Source: a virus
IMG/VR virus record: IMGVR_UViG_3300048837_000549
Coordinates: 13,112 to 77,111 of that record
Strand: one strand, 5' to 3'
Length of the DNA stretch: 64,000 bases
The notes under the pieces were generated by a model, which was given only the letters and a program-made list of their open reading frames with translations, ran no database searches and was not told where the DNA came from. Position 1 is the stretch's first letter; the number at the start of each line of letters is the position of its first letter. This document shows, in pieces, positions 1-9,612 of this stretch. Made by a program: the position numbers and the translations under genes.

Positions 1-74
1 AGGCCTTCTTAAAGAGTCTTATGATGGTATGGTTAAAAACATATCTAATTACATCTATGCTATTATGAATCAAT

Positions 75-1028
75 ATGAAAAAAAATAGAAAAGATGAAAA
101 AGAGTCTGTTAGTATGTGGGCTAAACGATTTGACTATAAGGGCTATGCTATGGAGATAGCTCCCTCTTTTTATGAACAAGTGGGTAGAATGTATCCAGTT
201 GTTAAAATAGCAGATAGGGATATAAAATCTAAAACTTTAGCTTACGCTAAAAAATTTGCTAAAGAAGTTCAAGATTCTTATAAACAAAGACTTCATGCTA
301 AACTCTTTATTATACTTAAAGCAAAACCACTTAAGGATGTTAAACTAGTACGCTTAGATATAAGAGAATTTTATTCTGCAGTATTTCATTTCTTTTTTGA
401 AGATGGAAGTTCTTTTACTCTTCAAAGTCAGATAGTAACGAGCACTAGTATCTTAGGAAATGATTTTTATAGATTTCCCAACATATATCAGAACATTATT
501 ATGCAAGATGGAACAAAGATTAAGAAACAATCCGAAGAGTGGATGCTTGTTAATTTTGCAGGGAAAACAGCGAGTGACATTAAACAAGCTAAAAGAAGTC
601 TTGACCCTGATGCCGATGCAAAGGATTTAAAGAAACTTAACTTTCAGAACAAAAGATATTACGGTATCATTACAACTACAGGACAGATAGAAGTAGGTAA
701 TAAATTTAAGATAGACTATCAGAGTCAGAATAGTGATCTTAAAAATATTAAAGATATTCATATAAACTTTAATATGCCTGAGATAGAAACAAGACCTAAT
801 GGTTCTATGTGGGTAGATGATATCAGAGGTAAATCCGGTACAGCTACTATCGAATATAATGATGGTGTTAAAGTTCTTATAAATCTTTCAAGTGTAGCAA
901 GACATGATGCTGTTAGATTTAAAAGGGTCGGGGGAGATTTAGTTTATGGTATAGAGACAAAAGCATTAAAGTATTCATCTAATAGTTATTTCACTGGACT
1001 ATCAGGAACAGTAGCAAAAATATTATAG
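75..1028 (+). CDS. hypothetical protein
   Basis: 317-aa ORF; no motif recognised. Confidence 0.6.
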   Translation: MKKNRKDEKESVSMWAKRFDYKGYAMEIAPSFYEQVGRMYPVVKIADRDIKSKTLAYAKKFAKEVQDSYKQRLHAKLFIILKAKPLKDVKLVRLDIREFYSAVFHFFFEDGSSFTLQSQIVTSTSILGNDFYRFPNIYQNIIMQDGTKIKKQSEEWMLVNFAGKTASDIKQAKRSLDPDADAKDLKKLNFQNKRYYGIITTTGQIEVGNKFKIDYQSQNSDLKNIKDIHINFNMPEIETRPNGSMWVDDIRGKSGTATIEYNDGVKVLINLSSVARHDAVRFKRVGGDLVYGIETKALKYSSNSYFTGLSGTVAKIL

Positions 1029-1038
1029 GGGTAAACAA

Positions 1039-1173
1039 ATGGAACAGTTAATAGAAGTAAACGGGCAGAATGTAACAAAAGAACAATTTGAAGAAATGCA
1101 AAAAGATTCAAATATTAGACTTAAAGAAATAGCTCCAAGAGTTTATAAGGTACTAACTAAATTAGAAGGATAA
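1039..1173 (+). CDS. small hypothetical protein (44 aa, MEQLIEVNGQ...)
   Basis: Hand-translated; GGGGT SD; fills the gap between genes. Confidence 0.55.
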   Translation: MEQLIEVNGQNVTKEQFEEMQKDSNIRLKEIAPRVYKVLTKLEG

Positions 1174-1281
1174 TTATGTCTTACATTATTCTTACTGGAT
1201 CTGTGATTATTGTAATCACTTTTCTTAGTTTAGTTGGTACACATACCATAATTAAAATATTTTTTAAATAAGGAGACATAA

Positions 1282-1644
1282 ATGAGTTCTTTTTCTGAAA
1301 AAGAAAAATCAAATTTTGATCAAATAGTAGCTTTAACCTCATTAACTCAAACTCAGGTAAGAGATGTATTATTTGCTATGCTTACTTGTGCCAGTCTTAA
1401 TGCTCATTCTCAAGAGAACGAAATAACAATACCATATCTTTGTACTCTTAAATTTAATTATGAAGAAGTCACCAGTGATAAAGGTATAGAGTCTTCTATT
1501 AAGATAGAAGCAGAACCTTCAGTCACATTACTGAAAGAATATGTAGCTATTAAAAATGGAGAAGAACCTATTACTAAAAAATATTTTAAGAGACAAAATA
1601 AACTACATTTTAAAAATATGCTAAGTATCAATACGGATATGTAA
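1282..1644 (+). CDS. divergent HU/IHF-like DNA-binding protein
   Basis: QIVALTSLTQTQVRDVL...EITIPYLCTLKF follows the HU helix-helix-strand pattern; AGGAG SD. Confidence 0.4.
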   Translation: MSSFSEKEKSNFDQIVALTSLTQTQVRDVLFAMLTCASLNAHSQENEITIPYLCTLKFNYEEVTSDKGIESSIKIEAEPSVTLLKEYVAIKNGEEPITKKYFKRQNKLHFKNMLSINTDM

Positions 1645-2034
1645 ATGGATTGGATTATACTATTTCAAAATCAATATAACAGAATAGTCTTTGTATCTTC
1701 TCAAAACCCAGATGAGAGAGATTCTATGTCTTATGAAAAATTTTTATCATTTATAAATAATGAATTTGTTATAAAAAACTTTATAGAGTTCTGTGATAAG
1801 GTAGATAGATTTAAAGTTATATATCTTACTAAAGATGGAACATGGGAAATAATGGAAGAAGATTTTACAGAAGCATCCTTCCAGGATTTATATCATATAA
1901 ATGGTAATAAAGAAGAAGACGAAGAAAAATCAATTACAGAATCAAAAGTAGATAAGTCTAAAGATTTATTAAATAAAATATTTGATTTTAGAAAAAAGGA
2001 GACAAAACATGGTATTAAACTTACAAATAGCTGA
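1645..2034 (+). CDS. hypothetical protein
   Basis: ORF abutting the previous stop. Confidence 0.6.
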   Translation: MDWIILFQNQYNRIVFVSSQNPDERDSMSYEKFLSFINNEFVIKNFIEFCDKVDRFKVIYLTKDGTWEIMEEDFTEASFQDLYHINGNKEEDEEKSITESKVDKSKDLLNKIFDFRKKETKHGIKLTNS

Positions 2035-2251
2035 CGATGAGGAGCATGTCTTTGAATTTGATAATTTTGAATTAGTTCTACATTCGAGTGGTAACTATAT
2101 TCTCTCTGAAGAAGGTGTGTTTACTTTAGAAGGTTTACAATCTTTTCTAGAATTTAATTCTGAGTATGTTGTAGTGAACGAAAACGATAAACTCTTTATT
2201 TCTGCAGAAGATTTTAAAAAAGTAAAAGAGATTTATTTGAAATTTGCATAA
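2009..2251 (+). CDS. hypothetical protein
   Basis: AGGAG SD before ATG 2009 (the ORF track starts at 1982). Confidence 0.55.
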   Translation: MVLNLQIADDEEHVFEFDNFELVLHSSGNYILSEEGVFTLEGLQSFLEFNSEYVVVNENDKLFISAEDFKKVKEIYLKFA

Positions 2252-2281
2252 TATTATTTATATTACAATTAAGGAGTTTTC

Positions 2282-2488
2282 ATGGAACTTGAAATGGAAG
2301 TTAAAACTATCAAAGTGTATTATACTTGTCCTAAATGTAAAATAGGTAATTTAGTATTAAGTAAAGTAAGCCCAGTCGCTAATCCTCCAGAGAATGAACA
2401 TAGATGTAGTAATAAGGAATGTGATTATACTGAAGTCTTCGTAAGAACAATCTATCCATATATAAAGAAGGTGGAGATACCTTGTTAG
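2282..2488 (+). CDS. small zinc-ribbon protein
   Basis: CPKC...CSNKEC; AGGAG SD. Confidence 0.55.
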   Translation: MELEMEVKTIKVYYTCPKCKIGNLVLSKVSPVANPPENEHRCSNKECDYTEVFVRTIYPYIKKVEIPC

Positions 2489-3564
2489 GTAATTTTACAA
2501 AAAATATTTCCGTTATAGATGCCCTAAATCAACTAAACATAAAGCATGAGAATAGGCCAAATTCAAAAGGGTGGTTAAATATTATATGCCCTTTTCACAG
2601 GGATTCTAGTTTTGGAAATGCCAGTGTTAATGTTAATAGTGGGGTTATCTCTTGTTTTAAATGCGGAGCAAGTAAGAACATTTCTACTCTATTAAGAGAT
2701 CATAATAGCGTATATGAATTTGTACCTACAGTTCCTATTGTACAAAGAAGAAAAGAGATAGTTAAGTCTAAAAATATAACTAATAAATTAAATTATAATT
2801 TTATTCATAAAGAAATAGATCCAGATGAATTCTACTATCTTAAACAAAGAGGACTTACCAAAGAATTCTGTGATGAATTTAAAATTGTAAGAAGTTTTAC
2901 TGACCCATACTGTGACTATTTTGCGTACCCGATTGTAGATTCTAATAAGAAGATTTTCAACGTGGAGTTTAGAAAGCTAAAACAAATGGAATATTTACAA
3001 ACATATTACGCATCTTATGATATGTCTTATTCTCAACTTTCAGATAAGTTTAAAGAACAATGTGAAAAAGAAAACATAAGAATATCTGACTACAAACTTT
3101 ATAAAGGTAATGAAATAATACAAGATAAGGTTCTTTTTTACTTATTAGATAAAAAGGTGAAATATGAATCGGGTAGTCGAATAAAGGAAACACTTTTCAA
3201 TATAGATAATCTTGACTTTAATAAAGACTTATATCTTGTAGAGGGTATAGGAAGTGTGGGTCGAATTTGGGCTAATATTTCTAAAAATTGTACTTGTACT
3301 TTCGGAAGCAAAATTTCTAAAGAACAATTAGAGTATCTTAAAAAATTTAAAAGAGTAATTTTAATACCGGACCGGGATTTGGCTGGTTTTCAAATGGTTA
3401 ATAGTTTATATCAAGAATTAAAAAATCTAATTGTTATAGATACTATTTTTGAAGATACAGATACAGATTATGTTTTTGATTTACAAAATACTAATAATTA
3501 TATGGAAGCAAATGAATACATTGCTAAGTATCTTTTAAAATACAATGTGAAGACTCTTTTCTAG
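2482..3564 (+). CDS. DNA primase (CHC2 zinc finger + TOPRIM)
   Basis: CPFH...CFKC zinc finger; LYLVEG and IPDRDLAG TOPRIM motifs. Confidence 0.88.
   Translation: MLGNFTKNISVIDALNQLNIKHENRPNSKGWLNIICPFHRDSSFGNASVNVNSGVISCFKCGASKNISTLLRDHNSVYEFVPTVPIVQRRKEIVKSKNITNKLNYNFIHKEIDPDEFYYLKQRGLTKEFCDEFKIVRSFTDPYCDYFAYPIVDSNKKIFNVEFRKLKQMEYLQTYYASYDMSYSQLSDKFKEQCEKENIRISDYKLYKGNEIIQDKVLFYLLDKKVKYESGSRIKETLFNIDNLDFNKDLYLVEGIGSVGRIWANISKNCTCTFGSKISKEQLEYLKKFKRVILIPDRDLAGFQMVNSLYQELKNLIVIDTIFEDTDTDYVFDLQNTNNYMEANEYIAKYLLKYNVKTLF
3489..3497 (+). promoter_or_regulatory. putative late promoter TACTAATAA
   Basis: Recurrent motif; lies inside the primase 3' end, upstream of the MIRY/MKRY gene run. Confidence 0.5.
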
Positions 3565-3570
3565 GTAATT

Positions 3571-4224
3571 ATGATAAGATATAAAAGTTATTTTGAAGAA
3601 GCAGTAATTGATCCGGATAAGTATTTACAGAATAATATAGATCCATTGCTACCTTCAGTTCAAAAGATTATACACAATTCTAGAAATACATGGGCTATCT
3701 GTAAAAAACTAAATTTAATATTTAGAAAGTATAATATATCTTTTAAAAACTTAAATCAAATGTCCCCAAACGGTATTCTGTATGGAGCAGCCGAAAATAA
3801 TAAAAAGAAATCAATTATAATTTTCTTATCCAATAATCTTATAAATACAAGAAATTCTACCGCATTTAAATATTTTTTTATAGAATTAAAATCTAAGATA
3901 AGCCACGAACTTATTCATAGATATCAATTTATAAGGATGGATAATTTGAAATTAAATCAAATGCCTACATACAAAAATGAAAAAGAATATTTAGCTGATA
4001 AACAAGAAATAATGGCGAATGCTTTTAATTCTATAGAATATTTTCGTTTTATGGGGATAGAGGATAATCAACTTAAAGGGTTCTTAAAAAATAAAAATCC
4101 TTTATTAAAAAGTTGTGTATGGTATAAAAAATATTTAGAATTATTTACTAATGAGGATAAGGAGTTGAAATTATATTATAAGTATCTATATATGTATCTA
4201 GATAATCAGGCACAATCAATATGA
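3571..4224 (+). CDS. HExxH metallopeptidase-like protein with capsid-targeting-like N-terminus
   Basis: MIRYKSYFEE N-terminus; SHELIHRYQ and downstream EIMANA; paralog of 4688..5401. Confidence 0.55.
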   Translation: MIRYKSYFEEAVIDPDKYLQNNIDPLLPSVQKIIHNSRNTWAICKKLNLIFRKYNISFKNLNQMSPNGILYGAAENNKKKSIIIFLSNNLINTRNSTAFKYFFIELKSKISHELIHRYQFIRMDNLKLNQMPTYKNEKEYLADKQEIMANAFNSIEYFRFMGIEDNQLKGFLKNKNPLLKSCVWYKKYLELFTNEDKELKLYYKYLYMYLDNQAQSI

Positions 4225-4676
4225 AATATAAATTACAAGAAGTTGAAACCTCAGAATTTTCATTTAATCCTCTCCACGACTATGGTTTAGATAAACCTTG
4301 GCAATCAGCTGGTCAAGTTCTTATGTCTGACTTAGGTTTGGAAAAATTTGGTAATAATGTTTTTATTCAGAAAGTACTCGGAGTTGGTCTTCCAATTTAT
4401 GTTATCACCTACAACAGCAGATACCCTAGAGTCGGATTAACAGCGACAAGAGTTAAGAAATTAAAGTTTACTTGGATTGGAAAATCTAAAAGAAAAGGTA
4501 TCCATACTTATATCAAACCCATGAAGTTAACTCCACCCTTATGTTTACAATCAGCTATGGTTACTATGACTTCGGGGAGTTTAGTTGTACAAAGAGATAT
4601 AGCCGGCGAGTACTTAAGGAATCCAAAAGTATTTGGTTACACTGATTACATATTAGATAAAAAGATAAACCAATAG
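4221..4676 (+). CDS. hypothetical protein, short MKY..LQE N-terminus
   Basis: ATGA overlap with the upstream gene. Confidence 0.55.
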   Translation: MKYKLQEVETSEFSFNPLHDYGLDKPWQSAGQVLMSDLGLEKFGNNVFIQKVLGVGLPIYVITYNSRYPRVGLTATRVKKLKFTWIGKSKRKGIHTYIKPMKLTPPLCLQSAMVTMTSGSLVVQRDIAGEYLRNPKVFGYTDYILDKKINQ

Positions 4677-4687
4677 GCAGTAAAATA

Positions 4688-5401
4688 ATGATTAAGAGAT
4701 ATCAACAATTCTTTGATGTAGATAGTATAAGATTTCTTGGACCTACACACAACATGTTCGAAATGGTTCAACGCCCAGAAAATTATTATACTATTATTAA
4801 AGAAAAAATTGAAGTTTTTCGTAATAGAAATATATTTGAATCTTTAGATGATCTTATAATTTCTTTAAACTCTTATTTTATTGATGAAAAAATTATATTT
4901 ATTTCATCTAAGACAAAAATGAAGTTCGATAGTGGTTTAACTTCGGCAGGATACAATCCAAAAACAAATGAACTTTATTTATTTTATAATTCGGATATTA
5001 GTAATGCTTTTAAAATGGAAAATAAGGAGCAGGACATCTATGATTATAAATGGTTTTTAGAGGATTTAGAAGGATTTATAGGACATGAAATTATACATAG
5101 AATGCAATACTTTAAAGACAAAATTAAAGATGTAGGAGTAATGTCGAAAGAAAATAGAAAAAAGTATTTAGCAAAACCCAAAGAAATTATGGCTTATGCT
5201 TGGCAAATAGTTCAAACTTTTAAATTAAACGGTAAAGATGATGATTTTATAAAGTTTGTTTTAGGATCGAAAAGAGATTTAGAGAATGTTAAAATAATAA
5301 ATTTTATTCCTATGTTAGCTGAATACTATAACACTTTTGATAAGGATTCCAATACTATGAAGTTATTATATAAGTATATCTATCAATATGTAGATAAGTA
5401 G
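4688..5401 (+). CDS. HExxH metallopeptidase-like protein with capsid-targeting-like N-terminus
   Basis: MIKRYQQFF; GHEIIHRMQ and EIMAYA; paralog of 3571..4224. Confidence 0.55.
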   Translation: MIKRYQQFFDVDSIRFLGPTHNMFEMVQRPENYYTIIKEKIEVFRNRNIFESLDDLIISLNSYFIDEKIIFISSKTKMKFDSGLTSAGYNPKTNELYLFYNSDISNAFKMENKEQDIYDYKWFLEDLEGFIGHEIIHRMQYFKDKIKDVGVMSKENRKKYLAKPKEIMAYAWQIVQTFKLNGKDDDFIKFVLGSKRDLENVKIINFIPMLAEYYNTFDKDSNTMKLLYKYIYQYVDK

Positions 5402-5406
5402 GTCAA

Positions 5407-5547
5407 ATGAAATTATGTAAATGTGGTAAAGAACTCATATTTAAAGGCGGATATTGTATAGTGGGTATGAGTATAGTTAAATATGAATGCTATGAGTGTG
5501 GTAATAAAGTAGAAACAATGAAAATTAAAATCTATAAACAGGTATAA
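5407..5547 (+). CDS. small zinc-ribbon protein (46 aa)
   Basis: Hand-translated MKLCKCG...ECYECG. Confidence 0.45.
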   Translation: MKLCKCGKELIFKGGYCIVGMSIVKYECYECGNKVETMKIKIYKQV

Positions 5548-5549
5548 AA

Positions 5550-5975
5550 ATGAAAAGATACAAAAGATTTGAGGAATCAACTAAAATTATAAATTGTAAA
5601 ATTGGTTCTAAAATTTACGAAATAGATTTAATTGAGAATATAAAAGAGTATAAAGATTTATTTGGAACTAATCTAACTCAGATCAATAAAGTTTTTGGTA
5701 AGCAACTAAAACAAAAAGGTGGACCAGATAAAGCCGAATATTCATTTTCAGGTATTATAGATATTACTATAGAGGGTTTACTATCTACAGCTTATCAATT
5801 AACTGGGGATAAAATATTTAAAGATTTAAATGAACTAATACAAACCATTTTTGGAAAAGTTGAAGGATCATTTGATTATTGGGTAGATGTAGAAGATTAT
5901 CTAAATACTGACATTGATATTGATTTTACATTTCTATATAATCAAGAATTAAAAATAAAAATTGATATAAGGTAA
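5550..5975 (+). CDS. putative internal head protein (MKRY family)
   Basis: MKRYKRFEES N-terminus. Confidence 0.5.
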   Translation: MKRYKRFEESTKIINCKIGSKIYEIDLIENIKEYKDLFGTNLTQINKVFGKQLKQKGGPDKAEYSFSGIIDITIEGLLSTAYQLTGDKIFKDLNELIQTIFGKVEGSFDYWVDVEDYLNTDIDIDFTFLYNQELKIKIDIR

Positions 5976-5979
5976 TATT

Positions 5980-6210
5980 GTGAAAAGATACAAAGAATTT
6001 TTTAGAGAAGATTGTACATTAGAAGAACAAGAAGAAGGTACTTGCGCGCTTCCTGAAGAATGTCCAACTCCTCAACAGAATGGTCCTAGTGGTTATTGTA
6101 AGAGAATTAATGATGGAGCTAAACTATTAGGTAAATGTCAAGATGGTTATATTTGGGATGACAAAACAAATAAATGTATTATAGCTCCTAAAAAATCAAA
6201 TGCCAAGTAA
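5980..6210 (+). CDS. Cys-rich putative internal head protein (MKRY family)
   Basis: GTG start, MKRYKEFFRED, six Cys. Confidence 0.5.
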   Translation: MKRYKEFFREDCTLEEQEEGTCALPEECPTPQQNGPSGYCKRINDGAKLLGKCQDGYIWDDKTNKCIIAPKKSNAK

Positions 6211-7096
6211 ATCAGAACAACAACGAAAATATATCTATTACCTTAGAAGTCAAGACGAGGACAAATCTAAGTGGTTCTGGGATAAAGATTGGGAACAAAT
6301 AGAGGAAACTAAAATGGAGAGATATACACCTTATTTCGAAGATATAATTATACCTCTCTCGAAGGGAGATACTTTCCTCTACGGGAAATTTAAAAATAAA
6401 CAGGCTATATATGCAAGTCATTACTTTAATGATAAGGGAGATCTGATTATAGTAACTGATCAGAAAAAAGAAATTCCGGCTTGTAAGATAAGATTAGTAC
6501 AAGAGCAATTAGAAGAGAATCTTCGTCTAAGTGACTTAAAAAAACACGCAGGTATAAGTAATTTTACCAAACCTTTTATGAAAGATAGACAAAGAATAAA
6601 AGGTACTGGAGCAAGATCAGCTAAGATAAAATCGATTAAAGTTAATAGAAAGAAAGACTATATAACATTCACTTTTACAAGTGAACCTACATATACAAAA
6701 ACAGCTTTTGCAGTTAAATTTCCAGATGTTGAAGATAAGAAAAAAGTAAGATTATATACTCAAGAAATCCGTATTCTTGACTTCTTTAAGTGGGCGGAAA
6801 CAAAACCGGGATATATTGAAAAAGAAATGACGCCGAAAGAAATTAAAGAAATATTAAATGTGGCAGATGTTAAACTAGCTTGTAACTGTTTTTCATTTCA
6901 GTTCCAGGGGTTTAATCATATACTTACAACTTTCGATGCTGCAATATATCCAGAATTAAGACCACCTAAGAAATGGAATAAATACCACAATGATGATAGC
7001 TTCACCTGTAAGCATCTGGATCTACTCATTTCGTCTGGACTTAATATTTATATAAACAACATGACTATGATGGTTAACAAGTACATAAAGAAATGA
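6200..7096 (+). CDS. SWIM zinc-finger protein; second in-frame start at 6314 (MERYTPYFE)
   Basis: CNC...CKH SWIM motif; AGAGG SD before ATG 6314. Confidence 0.6.
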   Translation: MPSKSEQQRKYIYYLRSQDEDKSKWFWDKDWEQIEETKMERYTPYFEDIIIPLSKGDTFLYGKFKNKQAIYASHYFNDKGDLIIVTDQKKEIPACKIRLVQEQLEENLRLSDLKKHAGISNFTKPFMKDRQRIKGTGARSAKIKSIKVNRKKDYITFTFTSEPTYTKTAFAVKFPDVEDKKKVRLYTQEIRILDFFKWAETKPGYIEKEMTPKEIKEILNVADVKLACNCFSFQFQGFNHILTTFDAAIYPELRPPKKWNKYHNDDSFTCKHLDLLISSGLNIYINNMTMMVNKYIKK

Positions 7097-7249
7097 AAGA
7101 CTTACTAAATAAAGAGTATGAAAAGCTTAAATTGATTACAAAAGATTATGTCATCTCTGTAGATCAACTTGATGAGTACCATGAAATACAGAATAGAATA
7201 AAAGAGTTGAGATTACTAGTAGGTACTAATCAATAAGGAGAATATTATT

Positions 7250-8485
7250 TTGAAAGTTCTTATTTGTGGTGACAGTTTTAAAAATATAACGGGGCTTAAC
7301 GAAGTATCATTTAATATAATCAAGTATTTTTATAATAAGGGATATGAAGTTGGCTACTGTGTTATTTCAGGAGAATCTTGTAAACCAGACGATTTAAAAA
7401 AATTAGGTAATAACCTATATGAATATTTCTTCGACACACCCTTATTTAATTGTCAAAAAGAGCAATCTAATTTTGATACTGCAATACAATTATTCAAACC
7501 TGATATAGTATTCTCTGCTCATGATTTATGGAAACTTGAAAAAATAATGTTATCAGATTATCGATCAACTTATAAATGGATTGCATACTGTCCTATTGAA
7601 AGTGATTACTATTCAGACCATATTGTATTGCCCGATAAAAATAGTTTTAGAAAATCACTACCCGAAATAGTTAATAATATTGATTTAATAATACCATATA
7701 CAGATATGGGCAAACGGGTATTACAAAAATTAGGGGCTACAAATATAACTGAAAAAGTATTTAATGGTATTGAAGATATATATATTGAGTCTGTGAATCG
7801 TCAAGAAGTATTTAAAGGATTAGTTAAAGATTCAGATTTTATATTTATGACAAATACAACCAATTTCCAAAGAAAAGGTCTCGCATATATTATTGAAGCC
7901 TTTAACTCATTTGTAAATCAACTTGACAATAGGGAAAATTATAAACTATATATACATGGTCAAATTGACACCATAGATCAAGGAACTGATATTAAATCTA
8001 TGGTTATTGATTTGGAGTTAAGTAATAATGTTATTTATTCTAAAAATGAACAAATATCAAAAAGAGAATTATATAAACGATATAGATGTTGCGATTGTTA
8101 TATTGGACTACCATTAGCCGAAGGATTTGGATTACCTTTTGCTGAAGCTATGATAAATAAATTACCTATCATAAGTTCGGGATTTGGTGGGCATATTGAA
8201 TATTTGCAACAAACATATGAAGTTGGATATGTAAGTTATTTTTACCCCAACAATCAATACACTTTATGGAAGATTCCCCAAGTGGATGAAGCTGTTTGTG
8301 GAATGTTTTATTATACTAACAATTTAACTAATATAAAAGAAAGAACAAAAGAAAATTATAACTATGCAAAAGAAAATCTTACATGGGATAAAGTGTATAA
8401 AAGATTTGACGAAATATTAAAACCTTTTCTTGATATTTATATTCAATCGATAGATAATAAGTTAACATTAAGGAGAATAATTTGA
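7250..8485 (+). CDS. glycosyltransferase, GT4/GT-B family
   Basis: RKG and EGFGLPFAEAM motifs. Confidence 0.88.
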   Translation: MKVLICGDSFKNITGLNEVSFNIIKYFYNKGYEVGYCVISGESCKPDDLKKLGNNLYEYFFDTPLFNCQKEQSNFDTAIQLFKPDIVFSAHDLWKLEKIMLSDYRSTYKWIAYCPIESDYYSDHIVLPDKNSFRKSLPEIVNNIDLIIPYTDMGKRVLQKLGATNITEKVFNGIEDIYIESVNRQEVFKGLVKDSDFIFMTNTTNFQRKGLAYIIEAFNSFVNQLDNRENYKLYIHGQIDTIDQGTDIKSMVIDLELSNNVIYSKNEQISKRELYKRYRCCDCYIGLPLAEGFGLPFAEAMINKLPIISSGFGGHIEYLQQTYEVGYVSYFYPNNQYTLWKIPQVDEAVCGMFYYTNNLTNIKERTKENYNYAKENLTWDKVYKRFDEILKPFLDIYIQSIDNKLTLRRII

Positions 8486-9612
8486 AATTATTATATATAG
8501 CCCCTTTATCGACTGATAAACAAACCTCAAGTGGTTATACAAATGCTAGTGATGGGATGCTCAAAGTTTATAATAGAATGAAAAATGAAGGTGTATTTAG
8601 TGTTGTAGATACTATTTCTAATCCCTATAGTTTTGATATACCTAAAGATAGCTATGATATATGTTTAGTTAATCTTAATATAGGATTATTATTAAAGAAA
8701 GAAGAAACATTAGCACTTTATTATAATTTAAAAACTAAATGTAAGAAAATGTATTTAAGCATAGTTTGGGAAGCGACCCCATATCCCGAATTTTGGAATA
8801 AATTATTTAAAGAGTATAACATATTTGATGGATATCTTTTTCCGTCCAAATTTTGTAAGAATCTTTTATATGACATAAAAAAACCAAAATATTACTATCC
8901 TCATTTTATAGATTCAACCATATTTTTTCCTTGCGATAGAGAAATAAAAGAAAATGAAAATATATTTACAGTTTTAATGACGGGTCAATTAACCGAAAGA
9001 AAGGGATTTAGGGAAGGCATAATTGCATTTTCTCAAGAGCTTGGAGATATAAAAGATTGCAGACTTATAATAAAATCAAATAGGATGAGTAAATATGAGG
9101 AAAGTATTGAAAGTCAAATAGAAAGATACTCTTTAATGAATGGGTTAACTGAAGCACAGATATTTACAATAACGGATACGAATTTAACTCAACAAGAAAT
9201 GATTGATCTTTATCATTCAAGTTCAGTAGTACTTTTACCATCAAAAGGAGAAGGTTTTGGATTAAATTTACCTGAAGCAATGTCTTGTGGTATACCTTGT
9301 ATATATGCTAAAAATTCTGCTTGGGAAGATGCGAAATATGCTTCATGGAGTAATTATCCTTTGTCTTATATTCCTAAAGGAGTTGAATCTATGATACATT
9401 ATGGGTATTCTGTTAATATGGTATGGAGTGATGTTTCTATTTTAGATATAAAATATGCTCTTAAATATTTTTATAATAAATGGGTTAATCATAGAGAGAA
9501 TTATTATGCTTATATTGAAGAGGATAATTTGAAAATATCTAATCTCTATGGATATGATGTAATAAAACAATGTATACTAGATATAATAGAAGAAAAGGAG
9601 AGGGTTCAATGA
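8482..9612 (+). CDS. glycosyltransferase, GT4/GT-B family
   Basis: ERKG and PSKGEGFGLNLPEAMSCG motifs. Confidence 0.88.
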   Translation: MKLLYIAPLSTDKQTSSGYTNASDGMLKVYNRMKNEGVFSVVDTISNPYSFDIPKDSYDICLVNLNIGLLLKKEETLALYYNLKTKCKKMYLSIVWEATPYPEFWNKLFKEYNIFDGYLFPSKFCKNLLYDIKKPKYYYPHFIDSTIFFPCDREIKENENIFTVLMTGQLTERKGFREGIIAFSQELGDIKDCRLIIKSNRMSKYEESIESQIERYSLMNGLTEAQIFTITDTNLTQQEMIDLYHSSSVVLLPSKGEGFGLNLPEAMSCGIPCIYAKNSAWEDAKYASWSNYPLSYIPKGVESMIHYGYSVNMVWSDVSILDIKYALKYFYNKWVNHRENYYAYIEEDNLKISNLYGYDVIKQCILDIIEEKERVQ

